A stretch of DNA of 64,000 bases from IMG/VR virus record IMGVR_UViG_3300023174_000056, positions 32,001-96,000 of that record. One strand, 5' to 3'. The notes under the pieces are model-generated. The model saw only the letters and a program-made list of their open reading frames with translations, was not told the DNA's origin and searched no databases. The translations under genes and the position numbers were made by a program. This document shows, piece after piece, positions 27,619 to 38,382 of this stretch; the first letter of the stretch is position 1; each line of letters starts with the position of its first letter. This DNA comes from a virus.

Positions 27619-30030
27619 TTATCCCAAAATTCCATAATTTGTAAATCTACATCCTATTTCTGTGGAAAACTTGCCAGATTGTATTACATTTTTTGTTCTA
27701 TAAACAATGTAGAATCCACCTAGGCCAAGTTGTTGTATTGCTTCGCTTGTACCCGCTTTTGTGCTTGGTATACTTAATGTATACGCAGCATCTATATAAA
27801 CGGTAGATCCTGGTTTAAATATAGTATTTCCAACCATTGATACTTCAGCATTATATGGTGCTCTTAAAATTTGTGAATTTACAGTTCCTTGTTTTGAATA
27901 AATTAAAACTGGCATGGCTGGGTTATCGTCTTTGGCAAAATTTATTTGTTTTACAAGACCTCTATCAACACCCATCTTTAAATGGTATGTACCCTGTTGA
28001 GCATTTAAGTTTTCATTAATTATAAATGGATAATCTATATCACTATAATATATCTGCATATATAAATAAGGGATAATATTTAAATTTTGTAAATTACTGA
28101 ATTTTATTGACTGGTCGATTCTTTCAAGATCTTTGACTGTAATAATTTTACCTTCGTTTAAACCATTGCCATTATTTGCTGTATTTTTTAATGGGTCTTT
28201 GCCTCCCTGTTCAACAACATTTAATATGTGTATGTCTGTTTTTGGATTTGCGCTAACAAAGCTTTTTCCAAAACAAGATGGCCCTAAAACGTTGACAATA
28301 AATTTGCTTAGAACTGATGATAGAAATGATCTAAGTGTTACAGTTCTTCTTCTTTGAGCAACAATTTCGCTGTTAAACCAATCTAAAAACAACTCTAACG
28401 ATATTGGTAAGTCTGCAATATTAGTTTTTATAGTAACATTTGTTTTTTTCGAACGTGGTAAATCTTTTCTTTGCTGTAATTCTCTTATTGAGGAACTTTC
28501 TATCCTTTCATAAATTATAGGACCAGTTATAAGACGCAAAGGTTCATTAGCTTTATCGTCTTTGGCTGTTATATTTATATTTTCAATTATTAAATCTAAT
28601 AAATCTCCAAAATAAAAATAAGGAATCACAAATTCCTGTGTTGTGCCATCTTTTGTTACATTATTACCCAAAAAGGTTTTTTTAAGCTCTTCAATAGAAG
28701 CAGAAACATCTGTTTCGTTTCCTTTACCCTTTTTTTTAAGATCCCTATATTTTTGCTGAACGCCAGGAGCTTCGTCAATCTTCAAAAATTTTATATTAAC
28801 TAAGCTTGGTGTTTTTACACTTGGGTATAAGGCAGTTTTTAGTTTTAAAATGTCCTTATCGGTTAATTTACAGAAATTTATTAAACCTTTTTCAAAGAAT
28901 TTATCTAAAAAGTCAGAATATATTTCAAAATTTAAATTTGATTCTTTTAATTCTAATTCTTTTTCTAATTCTTGAATTTTAGCAGCAATTTCTTTATCAT
29001 CTGCTCTTAATTTTTGTTCATCACTTTTTTCTTCAATACTTTTTTGTATTGTTTGTATTTCATCTAATGATTTTGTGTTAGCAAGAATATTAGAGCGTGT
29101 TTCATCATTAATTCTAGCCTCTTGCGCCGATTGATAGTTAATACTAACAGTTACTCTACCTTGTTGGTCTATTTGAAGATCATGACCTTTATTATAAAGA
29201 TAAAGAACGTAGTTATTAGCTTTTATAGCTTTTTTTAATGCTTCTAAATTTCCGGTATATTGAAGATTATTTAAAACAGAGTCTTCAAACTCCCATCCAA
29301 TAGATATTTTTATTTTAAATTTTCTTGGATTAGCTACCTGTTGATCGGCTTGTAAATCTTTATCTGGTGCCGATGCATTTACTTTTGCTGGCACTTGATA
29401 TATCAGTTCCAAAAAGCTAAATTTTTTATATTCATCTTTATCTGGGACTTTTTTTGGGTCACCTGCGATTATACCAGTTCTTACTTTTGTAAAAGAATCT
29501 AAATTTGAGAACTTCATTATAAGTGTAGCACTTATGTTTCTATCAAATTCATTAAAACTGGTATTTTCCCATGAAAAACTTTCAAGACCATATCCAAAAC
29601 CTTTACCAATATGCTCTGACAAAATATCTTCTTGTGAGATTTTATCCTCCATTGGGAGTTCGATATCAAATTTTTGCCCTCCATCCAAAATATAACTTTT
29701 GTAAAGTCTTATTTTTGGAACAAGCGCAGATAAAATATGATTTGGAACATTAATAAATGGCATAAAATACTTGGAACCATGAATAATATTATTAGCACTT
29801 CTAATTTCGTCTTGATTTAAAGCTTTTAGATAAAATAAATTGTCATAATAATAGCCATTTTCTGGATCTCTTATTTTAAGTCTCTCAAGGAATTGATTTA
29901 ACTCCTTAATCATAATACATTGTTGATCATATTTACTAAAATTCTTTAAAATCTCCTTACCCTCTTTACTACTTGGGTCTGGAGGCGTTGGGTTTGCATC
30001 TGGTAAATCTGTTTTTGTTGCTTCTGCCAT
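27619..30030 (-). CDS. baseplate hub protein (gp27/gpD-like)
   Basis: C-terminal VSMVGNTIFKPGSTVYI...GFYIV....VIQSGKFSTEI; position after LysM/gp53-like gene. Confidence 0.65.
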   Translation of the reverse strand: MAEATKTDLPDANPTPPDPSSKEGKEILKNFSKYDQQCIMIKELNQFLERLKIRDPENGYYYDNLFYLKALNQDEIRSANNIIHGSKYFMPFINVPNHILSALVPKIRLYKSYILDGGQKFDIELPMEDKISQEDILSEHIGKGFGYGLESFSWENTSFNEFDRNISATLIMKFSNLDSFTKVRTGIIAGDPKKVPDKDEYKKFSFLELIYQVPAKVNASAPDKDLQADQQVANPRKFKIKISIGWEFEDSVLNNLQYTGNLEALKKAIKANNYVLYLYNKGHDLQIDQQGRVTVSINYQSAQEARINDETRSNILANTKSLDEIQTIQKSIEEKSDEQKLRADDKEIAAKIQELEKELELKESNLNFEIYSDFLDKFFEKGLINFCKLTDKDILKLKTALYPSVKTPSLVNIKFLKIDEAPGVQQKYRDLKKKGKGNETDVSASIEELKKTFLGNNVTKDGTTQEFVIPYFYFGDLLDLIIENINITAKDDKANEPLRLITGPIIYERIESSSIRELQQRKDLPRSKKTNVTIKTNIADLPISLELFLDWFNSEIVAQRRRTVTLRSFLSSVLSKFIVNVLGPSCFGKSFVSANPKTDIHILNVVEQGGKDPLKNTANNGNGLNEGKIITVKDLERIDQSIKFSNLQNLNIIPYLYMQIYYSDIDYPFIINENLNAQQGTYHLKMGVDRGLVKQINFAKDDNPAMPVLIYSKQGTVNSQILRAPYNAEVSMVGNTIFKPGSTVYIDAAYTLSIPSTKAGTSEAIQQLGLGGFYIVYRTKNVIQSGKFSTEIGCRFTNYGILG

Positions 30031-30033
30031 TTA

Positions 30034-30372
30034 TTAACCCTTAATATAAAATAAAATCTTATCTAGCGGTTGTGGTATTATAATTACATCTCCCGCTTTT
30101 AGTTCTGCTTCAGTTGGTTTTTTATTGTAAAAAGAAATAACCCACCAGTATTTTGGATCGCCATAATATTTGTCGGATAATCTCCAAAATTTATCGTGTT
30201 GCTTCCAGACATATTGGCTTAGTGTAAGCTCCGATATTTGTTCTAGGTCTGGATATGATAACTCTTGCGTGCCGTATTGTTTAATTACTTTTATATTTCT
30301 ATCTTGCAAAGATTTATCATATAAAAAATTATTATTAGAAAATATCTCTGATCTCTCGTATCTTTCTGACAT
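30034..30372 (-). CDS. LysM-like baseplate wedge protein (gp53/tail X-like)
   Basis: YVWKQHDKFWRLSDKYYGDPKYWWVI...LKAGDVIIIP. Confidence 0.85.
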   Translation of the reverse strand: MSERYERSEIFSNNNFLYDKSLQDRNIKVIKQYGTQELSYPDLEQISELTLSQYVWKQHDKFWRLSDKYYGDPKYWWVISFYNKKPTEAELKAGDVIIIPQPLDKILFYIKG

Positions 30373-30383
30373 TTTATATTTTC

Positions 30384-31232
30384 CTATGTAGGTTCAAGTA
30401 TACCTGCTGATGCGTTTTGTAGTGCATCATTTACCGCTTCGCTTTCTGCTACTTTTTGTGCTTGTTCTTTATTTAATACACCTTCTGTTGTTGAGAAGCC
30501 GTAAGGATAATAGCTTGTATTTGCTTGTTCATCACGTGATCCAAAAACATAAGTTCTTTCTGCGCCTTGCTTTGTATTTTGAATCCACCCTACAGAATGT
30601 TCGTGGATTACGTTAAATCCAGATATATTAATACTAAATAATTTTGGAACAAAATATCTTGGAATATTATTTGTGTCTAGGACTTTTTTTGATAATTCAT
30701 TAACGTTATAATCAACATCTTTATCGTTTCGAGAAAACGAGTGAAAACCAGCTTCTAAATTAGGAGAAAAATTTATATTTTTAATTTTACCTAATAATCC
30801 ATTATTAAAAGTGCTAGAATCAACGCTGAAATTGGAGAATTTTAATCTAACAAGAGGTGAGGATGAAATTGTCAAGGCATTTCCACCCTGCTTATAAGAT
30901 GGATATAAAAATTGCTTTAGAAGCGACATCTTCTGCATATTTTCAATAGCTTCTTCTATTCCATAGGATGGAACCTCAAAAGCAATGCTCACTATTCTTT
31001 TTGTACTTTGAAAAGTAGAAATATCATCCATTCTACCATAAACAGATTCATCTGACCATGTTGACTGGTGATCGTCACTAAATTCTGTTATAAAAGCTTT
31101 AAATCTAACAGCTTGATTTGTCAATAAATGATAAACTTCAATATAAGATCTATCGTTATTTGTTGTTAAATCGGTGCTTGATTCACCGTTTCTAAAATTA
31201 TATGGAAGATATCTTGTTTTATCGTTTGCCAT
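30384..31232 (-). CDS. tail tube initiator/baseplate tube-like protein
   Basis: FKAFITEFSD, VYGRMD, YPSY, PLVRL; follows tape measure. Confidence 0.65.
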   Translation of the reverse strand: MANDKTRYLPYNFRNGESSTDLTTNNDRSYIEVYHLLTNQAVRFKAFITEFSDDHQSTWSDESVYGRMDDISTFQSTKRIVSIAFEVPSYGIEEAIENMQKMSLLKQFLYPSYKQGGNALTISSSPLVRLKFSNFSVDSSTFNNGLLGKIKNINFSPNLEAGFHSFSRNDKDVDYNVNELSKKVLDTNNIPRYFVPKLFSINISGFNVIHEHSVGWIQNTKQGAERTYVFGSRDEQANTSYYPYGFSTTEGVLNKEQAQKVAESEAVNDALQNASAGILEPT

Positions 31233-31244
31233 TTATTATGCCTC

Positions 31245-33680
31245 TTATATAGCTTGTGGTCTTAATTCTGCATTTGCCAATCTTGCTATTTCTCTTCCGT
31301 TTGCTTGGATGACTAATGGACGATTTGCTAAAGCCATCATTGCTTGATACATTTTATCATCATTATTGCCAGAATTACGACCAGCTTTTGTAAAATCTAC
31401 TAGCATAGCAGTATCATTTTGTGTACCACTTATAAGTTTGCCAGCAGCGGTTTTAATAACTGGTAATCCAGGCGATGAAAGAACGTCCTCTCCTTTTTCA
31501 TCTGGTTTCAATGCTGTAGAAGATTTATTATCTGGAGCCATCTTATCCGTGAGTACTCCTCCAACACCCTTCATAAAATCTTCTGCAATGCCTAGTTTAT
31601 TCAATCCTTTTACTAAAACATCACCAGCACTCCATCCAAAAGCACCTGCAAGACCATTAACTATACTTAAACCAATACCAATTGGTCCTCCAAAAGCTAA
31701 AAGACCATTTAATATAGTATTGGCACCACCTTTTACGGCTATCTCGCCAACAGTTTTTTTAAGACCATCATCTGGCGTTTTCCCACCAGCTGTACCAGTT
31801 TCAATAGCATCCTTGATATCTTTATAAGTGAAAAACACGTCTAAGGCTGGTCCAAGGAATTTTAAAGCAGTTTTCAAGGCACCTTTTGCTGCTGCTTTAG
31901 CACCACCAGCAGCAACTTTGCCTCCAACATCAGCAGTGGCTTCTAGACCAGCTCTTTCTGCACCGCTTGCTAATTTATAAGCTTCTTTTGCGGTTTTTCC
32001 AGACGCACGGGCCTCTTTAAATATTTTGGTACCTTCTTCGCTTAGATTACCGATTGATTTTTTGCCAGCTTCTGCTACTGTTTTTGACCCTGCGGATGCA
32101 GGAACTGGTAAATTTCCTGCGCCTCCTCCCTTAAATATACCACCAATCTTATCCTTTAAAAATCCACCAGCCATATTTGCTGCAACTGCTCCAGCTAGGG
32201 CAGTAATTGTTCCAGCTAGAAAGAGTATCTTTCCTCCCAAAGAATCTAAAGTTTTGTCTAACTTATCATTCATTTGCAAATAAGTGTCAACTGCACCGGC
32301 ACCGCCTACTGCTTCAGTCATTCTAGCAGTAGTTTTACCAGCAGCACGCTCTTCACCAGTTGCTGCTTCTTTAGCTAAATCTCTTACACTTTTTTCTTTC
32401 TTTAAATCTTCCTGTTCTCTAATTGCTTTAGCTAATTTATCTCCTGTCAAATTAGCTAAACCTTTAAATGTTTGCGGATCAATACCAGAAGCTTGTGTGA
32501 CTGCTCTCATTACTTTTGGATCGTTTAAATCTAGACCCGCTCTTTGAATGTTTTCAACGATATATTGAATTTTTTCTGCGCCTTCTAGATTCACCAACTG
32601 CCCAACATCAAAAAGATCCATACCTGCTAAAGCATTCAATCTACCGGCAAACTCTCCTGCACCTTCAAATGTTGATAGCTTTTCCGTTAAGTCAGTTAAT
32701 GTACTAACTTGCGTTCCAGCTAAATGAGCTTGCCTCTCTAGCCCTTCAAATTGTTTTCCAGCGTTAGAACCATAAATTGCTAAACGATTTAAGTTTGAAG
32801 TTAAATCTGAGTTTACTTCTGAAGCTGTTTTTCCTATGGATCTTGCTAAATGCACTAAATTTTCTTCTAAATCTATTGCTGTTTCTTTAGAAACTCCAAG
32901 ATTTGTATTTAAAGTATTAACAACAGTAGAAAACTCCTTTGAAGGAACTCCTAATTGTTCAAGGCTTCTTGCCATTTCGGCCGCTCTTGAACGAAACTCT
33001 AAACTAGTATCATTAAAACCAACTATTGTAGTTGATAGATTACTAAAAACCCTAGCTGCGTCTTCATGTTGAGTTCCTAAATCTGCGGTAGCTTTCTGCA
33101 AGGCTACCATTTCTTCTTTATATTTTCTACCAGCTCCTGTTGTTTTAGCAAAGCTTGCTTGTGCTGCGTCCATTTGCTTTATCATTCCAATTGCCATTTC
33201 AGGAGTGTATAATCCTTTAATATTAAAGTAGGCTTTTCCGGCCTCCATGCCCATATCTTTAATATTACCAGCAATTTTTTTAAATGCTTCAGACGCTTTT
33301 GAAGTATTATTTTCAACTTCTTTTAATTCTTTATTGATTGTTTTTAGGTCTGCAATATATCTTTTTGCTTCTTCGCTATTCTTTTTTCCAGCCTTTATTT
33401 CGGCTTCGAGGGCGTCTTCAAGCGTGCGTTGCATCTGTTTTAATGCACGTTGCTTTTCACTTCTTAATTCTTCTCTTTTTTGCTCGCCAGAATAAATTTC
33501 TTCTATTAATTCTTTTTGAATTTTATAAACTTCATTTTGCTTTTGCAAACTAGCAGGAACATCAGAGGAATCACTATCGTCAGTAGCTGTTCTTCTTGTG
33601 GCTCTTGAAGATGTGCCACCTTTTACAACTTTAAGAAGGTTTTCTAAAGCCGACTCTAATTCTTTTGGATCATATGCCAT
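31245..33680 (-). CDS. tail tape measure protein
   Basis: 811 aa Ala/Gly-rich helical protein with hydrophobic segments, after tube and chaperone. Confidence 0.8.
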   Translation of the reverse strand: MAYDPKELESALENLLKVVKGGTSSRATRRTATDDSDSSDVPASLQKQNEVYKIQKELIEEIYSGEQKREELRSEKQRALKQMQRTLEDALEAEIKAGKKNSEEAKRYIADLKTINKELKEVENNTSKASEAFKKIAGNIKDMGMEAGKAYFNIKGLYTPEMAIGMIKQMDAAQASFAKTTGAGRKYKEEMVALQKATADLGTQHEDAARVFSNLSTTIVGFNDTSLEFRSRAAEMARSLEQLGVPSKEFSTVVNTLNTNLGVSKETAIDLEENLVHLARSIGKTASEVNSDLTSNLNRLAIYGSNAGKQFEGLERQAHLAGTQVSTLTDLTEKLSTFEGAGEFAGRLNALAGMDLFDVGQLVNLEGAEKIQYIVENIQRAGLDLNDPKVMRAVTQASGIDPQTFKGLANLTGDKLAKAIREQEDLKKEKSVRDLAKEAATGEERAAGKTTARMTEAVGGAGAVDTYLQMNDKLDKTLDSLGGKILFLAGTITALAGAVAANMAGGFLKDKIGGIFKGGGAGNLPVPASAGSKTVAEAGKKSIGNLSEEGTKIFKEARASGKTAKEAYKLASGAERAGLEATADVGGKVAAGGAKAAAKGALKTALKFLGPALDVFFTYKDIKDAIETGTAGGKTPDDGLKKTVGEIAVKGGANTILNGLLAFGGPIGIGLSIVNGLAGAFGWSAGDVLVKGLNKLGIAEDFMKGVGGVLTDKMAPDNKSSTALKPDEKGEDVLSSPGLPVIKTAAGKLISGTQNDTAMLVDFTKAGRNSGNNDDKMYQAMMALANRPLVIQANGREIARLANAELRPQAI

Positions 33681-33711
33681 TTAAATTTCCTCAAAACTCT
33701 TTATATACAAA

Positions 33712-33719
33712 TAAATAGT
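33712..33719 (-). promoter_or_regulatory. ACTATTTA motif, putative late promoter
   Basis: 32 nt before tape measure ATG, just after a terminator. Confidence 0.65.
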
Positions 33720-33726
33720 GATAAAT

Positions 33727-33754
33727 AAAAAATCCCAGCTATTAGGCTGGGATT
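33727..33754 (-). terminator. intrinsic terminator
   Basis: AATCCCAGC-CTAATA-GCTGGGATT-TTTT. Confidence 0.85.
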
Positions 33755-33756
33755 AA

Positions 33757-33945
33757 TTATCTGGAAGTATTTGCTTTTTTATTTTCTTCTGCTTCCTCTT
33801 TCTTTAACTTAATAAGTCTTCTGAGCATCCACCGTCTTAGACCTATTGGCATATTATAAGTTTCAACTAAACTCCAGCCGTTATAATACTTAAGAAGAAA
33901 CATTTCCTCATATATAGATTCAATATATTCTTTACTTAGACCAAA
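33757..33945 (-). CDS. C-terminal frameshift extension of tail assembly chaperone (gp51/gpT-like), not in ORF track
   Basis: Open frame FGLSKEYIESIYEEMFLLKYYNGWSLVETYNMPIGLRRWMLRRL... begins at the T7 run ending the upstream gene. Confidence 0.7.
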   Translation of the reverse strand, partial: FGLSKEYIESIYEEMFLLKYYNGWSLVETYNMPIGLRRWMLRRLIKLKKEEAEENKKANTSR

Positions 33946-34771
33946 AAAAGTTTACGTTAAACGGCACCTCCATGTCCGTTTCGTTTTGGCATACAGTACA
34001 AGTAACCACTGTATTGGTTGTAATATTTGGGAAGCATTCTGCATAAACATTTCTTAAAAACTTGGAGTCTCTAGCTGGCATACTCATTATTGCCTGATAG
34101 ATTATGTTTTCCTCAGAAACTCCATTAATTGAATAAATAAAAGTCTTAGCAGTTTCAATTAATGTATTTTCTTCTAGTTTATGTTTTTTTCTACCTTCTA
34201 GGATTTTTTGAAGTTTTTCTTGTTCATATCCATCTAATGGCTTCACTTCTATTTTCCATTTTGTTACTGGTAGTACAACTTCAACTAATCCATTTTCTAA
34301 TAATCTACAACCTTCTTTTAATTCAGGCTCTTTTATCTTCAAAAGCGTGCTTAAATCTACTTCAGTATCAAAAGAGCTACCACAAGAGGAACATTCCGCT
34401 TTTATTGGATATTCTGGCCCATAACCACTGATTCTTGCTGCTAACAATAGAGCATTTTTGTCTATAACAAGTAAAGATGTTGGGTCTATTCTTTTGTCAA
34501 CCAAAATTGATTGCAAAAGGCGATCCATAACAATACCTTTTTCTAAAAATGATTTATTGTAGAGAATGTCCTCTTCACGGGCAGTCATTTCCTTTATTTC
34601 GGCTGACTCTTTACCGTGAAGAGGATGTTCTGGAGGATAATACGCACCTTTTGATGGTAAATCCACTAATTGCGTTGGTACTACATAATTAAACGGACTT
34701 CTTACTGCTTCTACATCTGAATCTTGCGTGTGTAATTGATTACTTGTCAAGCGGTCTTGATTATTTCTCAT
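33932..34771 (-). CDS. tail assembly chaperone / baseplate hub assembly protein (gp26-like)
   Basis: VDLPSKG.YYP, MTAREEDIL, ARISGYG, two CxxC, ends FFW; between tube and tape measure. Confidence 0.8.
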   Translation of the reverse strand: MRNNQDRLTSNQLHTQDSDVEAVRSPFNYVVPTQLVDLPSKGAYYPPEHPLHGKESAEIKEMTAREEDILYNKSFLEKGIVMDRLLQSILVDKRIDPTSLLVIDKNALLLAARISGYGPEYPIKAECSSCGSSFDTEVDLSTLLKIKEPELKEGCRLLENGLVEVVLPVTKWKIEVKPLDGYEQEKLQKILEGRKKHKLEENTLIETAKTFIYSINGVSEENIIYQAIMSMPARDSKFLRNVYAECFPNITTNTVVTCTVCQNETDMEVPFNVNFFWSK

Positions 34772-34790
34772 CTAAAACTCTTTTCTTTTG

Positions 34791-35381
34791 TTATGATAAG
34801 TTTCCTACTACCCAGTATTTTCTTGTAGGTGAAATTCCGTTAGCTGTGTGGCGTGAGCCTTGGTTTACTGTTGATAATTGTGCCCAGTCATAAGCTAATG
34901 TCATTTTAACTTCAATTAAACCTTCATTTTCATATGAGAGCGAACCACCAAAGTCTGCTGATTTAACGATTGGATTTGTTAATCTCCAAACTTCGATTGG
35001 CTTACCTTGTGCATCAACTTGCTTAATATAAACTTCTCCCAAAGTGTTTGTTGATTTTTTCTTTGAGATTGTTTCCACACCAACACCTTGTGGTGCAGCA
35101 ACTGGTGGGTTATAACCAGATTGGCGTAAGATTGTAGCCAAAATATTTACTGAGTCTGGTTGAACTGGATCTACCAATGTAATATTAATGTCATTCCAAG
35201 TAACGTTACCTGGATATTTATAGGTATGTCCAAAGAACTTGTGTTCTTGTGCGCCAACAGTTGCTACTGGTTTATCGACTGATTTAACCACCCATAAAGG
35301 GATATGGTTTGATAAACCAAATACCCATCTAAACTGTCTCTTTGGTTCTACGCTGCTATCGCTCCAAAATGATCCTGCCAT
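34791..35381 (-). CDS. tail tube protein (gp19-like)
   Basis: EPKRQFRW, YPG.VTWNDINITLVDP, EVWRL, LAYDWA; follows sheath. Confidence 0.9.
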   Translation of the reverse strand: MAGSFWSDSSVEPKRQFRWVFGLSNHIPLWVVKSVDKPVATVGAQEHKFFGHTYKYPGNVTWNDINITLVDPVQPDSVNILATILRQSGYNPPVAAPQGVGVETISKKKSTNTLGEVYIKQVDAQGKPIEVWRLTNPIVKSADFGGSLSYENEGLIEVKMTLAYDWAQLSTVNQGSRHTANGISPTRKYWVVGNLS

Positions 35382-35413
35382 CTTTTTTTTCCTCTTTTAT
35401 TATACTTCTGTTT

Positions 35414-35421
35414 TAAATAGT
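35414..35421 (-). promoter_or_regulatory. ACTATTTA motif, putative late promoter
   Basis: 33 nt before tube ATG. Confidence 0.65.
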
Positions 35422-35435
35422 GTTAAAACTATTTT

Positions 35436-38285
35436 TTAATCGTTGAAAGAAGCACCGCTATTTGTTACAACGAAATCTAGAGCAATAAATTCAATTGCAC
35501 GTGCTGGCTTCAATAGGATCTTGGCATACATGATGTTTCTATCAACTAGTTCTGGAGTTGTTGTTGTTTCGTCAAGAATGACTCTGAAGTCTGTTAATCC
35601 TAATCTTGCTTGAATGCTTGCCAAGAATGGATTAACTTGACCCAAGAATCTTTCCCAAGTTACTTGAACGTCTGGATCAAATAGCACAGTTGAAGCAACA
35701 CGACTAATTTCTTTCTTAACGTAATTCATTAATCTACGAACGTTAATACGGTCAAGAGCGCTTTCAGTTACTTGTAGGGTCTTTTGACCAAAGATAACGA
35801 TACCCTCTGCTGGGAATGAAGCGATTGGGTTAATATTTGTTTCGTATAATAAATCACGTTCTTTTGAATTAAGTTTTTGTGATACTGCTGTAACTGTCAA
35901 ACCGCCAGCGCTATTTTCTGATAGTCCGCCACGGGTGAACCCTGCTGGGGCAAACCATATTTCTGAGAATCTTCTTGTTGTTGCAAAAGTCCCCAAGGCA
36001 ACAACTGATGGAGGCATCCAAACAGTGTTTGTTGAATAATCATCCTTGACTAATACCCAAGGATAGAAAGCGCATCCATATGAGCTATTAATAGTTAAAT
36101 CGTCCTTAACATAGGATACAGCGTCAGCAACGTTTGGTTTACGAGCAGATTCTGCGTCTTTATTTTCTGTGCTTGGTGTGTAATCGCCTTGTAAGTCAAT
36201 GATTGCCAATGAATCTCCACGTGTTTCACATGCTGCAATCATTTTTTTATGAATACTTGTGTTTTTAATTCCTGGGATTGCCAAAGTATTCATTTCAACA
36301 ACTTCTGGATCTGAAACAGCGTCAATGGCAACGTTTAATGAATTAATTGCATAGCTTGTTGTTTCATCGGCTGTTGCATCTAGAACTGCCGCTGAGTTGT
36401 TGAATGGTTCTTTTTCTGTAATGTCTAGACCTTCAAATCCGCCAGCTAATGGCAAGGTGAATTTATTAAAATGAGCTAAGAATGTACCTAGTTCATCGCC
36501 ACCCATATTTGAAGTTACAGAATTTCCAGAAGCTCTATTTCCTGGTGTCCATGAGGCTTCCTTGTATTTACCAGTTTGTGAATTTAAAGAACCAGAAATA
36601 TCATCTAAAGAAAACACAAATGAGTATTGTTTAACTGATTCAGGTACGCCAACTGGTTTAGTTCTTAAGTACTCTGGGATTTCTTTATTAAATAACTTTG
36701 TACCTTCTACTGCTGTCTTCATACCCCAGTAAATATTCTCTGGTCTTGTGATGTAGTTATCTTCAATGCTACTTGTTAGAACTGCTGGCAATTGTGGGAA
36801 TGCAAAGCTTGCTGTCCATTCGGCTGTGCAAGTAGGACCGCTTGAGCTTACTACGCCATAAAATTGAGTTGTTAAGTAGCTTGAACCATCAGATTTTGAT
36901 AAGTTTGTAGCTGCGGCATTTGCAGAAGCTGAAACATTAGCAACTGTCTTATATGTTTCTGGACCGTAGAAACCAAATGGTAGTAAGTCTTGGTCAGTTA
37001 TACCAGCCTCTACATCTGGATCTACTTCTACACGAACATATCTTGACATATTTTCATATGTGCCATATTCTTTAAATCTTCTGTTTATATAATCCCATTC
37101 TGTGTATTTATCGCCAATCTTCTTTGAGATATAATTTGGCGATGAAGGATCAAGAGAAATTTGATCAAATCTTTCTAGCACAATTTGTTGATCATCAGTA
37201 TCTTTAATATCTCTGATTACAACTGCAAAGCTTCCAAATTTAAGGTACTTGCTAGCTGGGACTTTGATGTCTTGGATAGAAATTTTTACACTTTTTTGTA
37301 CTGATTCGTCTTCTGATAAAGTGTGAAACTTGAAAAGTTTCTGTGATGGTGCGCCAACTGTTAAATCTGTGCTTGCAGCCCACTCTACTGGTTGCCCTTT
37401 ATGTTGTGCAAAAATCCAACCACTTTCTGATTTTGCAGCATCTTTTTTGAAATTGCTTGCTTTTTTATCACCTTGAGCTAAACCTAAGATAATGGCTGCT
37501 ACTTCGCCATTATATGATTTAACTGCGTTTTCAAATGTTTCACCCAACCAATAAATCTCTGGTTGTGACGATAGGGCATCATTTACTTTTGAAGGGCTTG
37601 TATTTAATACGTTTCTAATGAATAATTTTGAATCTTCATTAAAGTTTACAATTTTTGAAGGCAATGCGACATTGCTTTTGCTTTTAAAAGTTAGTTTAAA
37701 TTCTTTTGCTTGTAAGTCTGTAGAAGTTGTTTTAACCCAAGTGCCAGCTTTACCGTCTACTGCTGAATTGTCTAAAGCACTTCCTGAAAGACCGACGCTT
37801 CCTTCGTCTACATAAATAATTGCTGCTAATTGTGCAGTACCACTAACTGTTGTACCGCTCACAGGAGCTAGGAACAAACCAAAGGCTCCACCGTTTAAGT
37901 TTTGAGTAACGTTTAAGCTATTTGTTGTAGACCATCCTGCATACCCCAACTCTGAAGCGTCTGGATTTTGATATCCGCCCAAACGAACGAAGGTTAGTGG
38001 ACCTGCATTTTTTAAATATGCTTCTGCTGCATAAGCGCCATAGGTTGGAGCAATTTGATTACCTTCTCTCCATACATCTACATTTTTTGAGCCAGCTACT
38101 GGTTTACCAAATAGTTGTTCAAATTCTAATACTGATTGTACTTTTACTGGACGTAAAATTGGGCCTTTTAGTGAACGACCAACAACAACTGGACCGATTT
38201 CTTCAAATTCTCTTGGTAATTGTGATTGATCAATTTCATTTACGAAAACGCCTGGAGACACGAACTTAAAGCTGTTAACTGACAT
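35436..38285 (-). CDS. contractile tail sheath protein (gp18-like)
   Basis: FVSPGVFVNEID, YPWV, WFAPAGFTRG, INPI, GQKTLQ, LDRINVRRL, P.RAIEFI. Confidence 0.97.
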   Translation of the reverse strand: MSVNSFKFVSPGVFVNEIDQSQLPREFEEIGPVVVGRSLKGPILRPVKVQSVLEFEQLFGKPVAGSKNVDVWREGNQIAPTYGAYAAEAYLKNAGPLTFVRLGGYQNPDASELGYAGWSTTNSLNVTQNLNGGAFGLFLAPVSGTTVSGTAQLAAIIYVDEGSVGLSGSALDNSAVDGKAGTWVKTTSTDLQAKEFKLTFKSKSNVALPSKIVNFNEDSKLFIRNVLNTSPSKVNDALSSQPEIYWLGETFENAVKSYNGEVAAIILGLAQGDKKASNFKKDAAKSESGWIFAQHKGQPVEWAASTDLTVGAPSQKLFKFHTLSEDESVQKSVKISIQDIKVPASKYLKFGSFAVVIRDIKDTDDQQIVLERFDQISLDPSSPNYISKKIGDKYTEWDYINRRFKEYGTYENMSRYVRVEVDPDVEAGITDQDLLPFGFYGPETYKTVANVSASANAAATNLSKSDGSSYLTTQFYGVVSSSGPTCTAEWTASFAFPQLPAVLTSSIEDNYITRPENIYWGMKTAVEGTKLFNKEIPEYLRTKPVGVPESVKQYSFVFSLDDISGSLNSQTGKYKEASWTPGNRASGNSVTSNMGGDELGTFLAHFNKFTLPLAGGFEGLDITEKEPFNNSAAVLDATADETTSYAINSLNVAIDAVSDPEVVEMNTLAIPGIKNTSIHKKMIAACETRGDSLAIIDLQGDYTPSTENKDAESARKPNVADAVSYVKDDLTINSSYGCAFYPWVLVKDDYSTNTVWMPPSVVALGTFATTRRFSEIWFAPAGFTRGGLSENSAGGLTVTAVSQKLNSKERDLLYETNINPIASFPAEGIVIFGQKTLQVTESALDRINVRRLMNYVKKEISRVASTVLFDPDVQVTWERFLGQVNPFLASIQARLGLTDFRVILDETTTTPELVDRNIMYAKILLKPARAIEFIALDFVVTNSGASFND

Positions 38286-38351
38286 TTATTTTTCTCCTTG
38301 GGAGCAAATTTTTTTTCAAAATTTAGTCAAATATTTTAAAAATATTTATTA

Positions 38352-38359
38352 TAAGTAGT
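38352..38359 (-). promoter_or_regulatory. ACTACTTA variant of late motif
   Basis: One mismatch, intergenic upstream of sheath. Confidence 0.5.
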
Positions 38360-38382
38360 ATTTTGTGTTTTGAAATGTCAAA

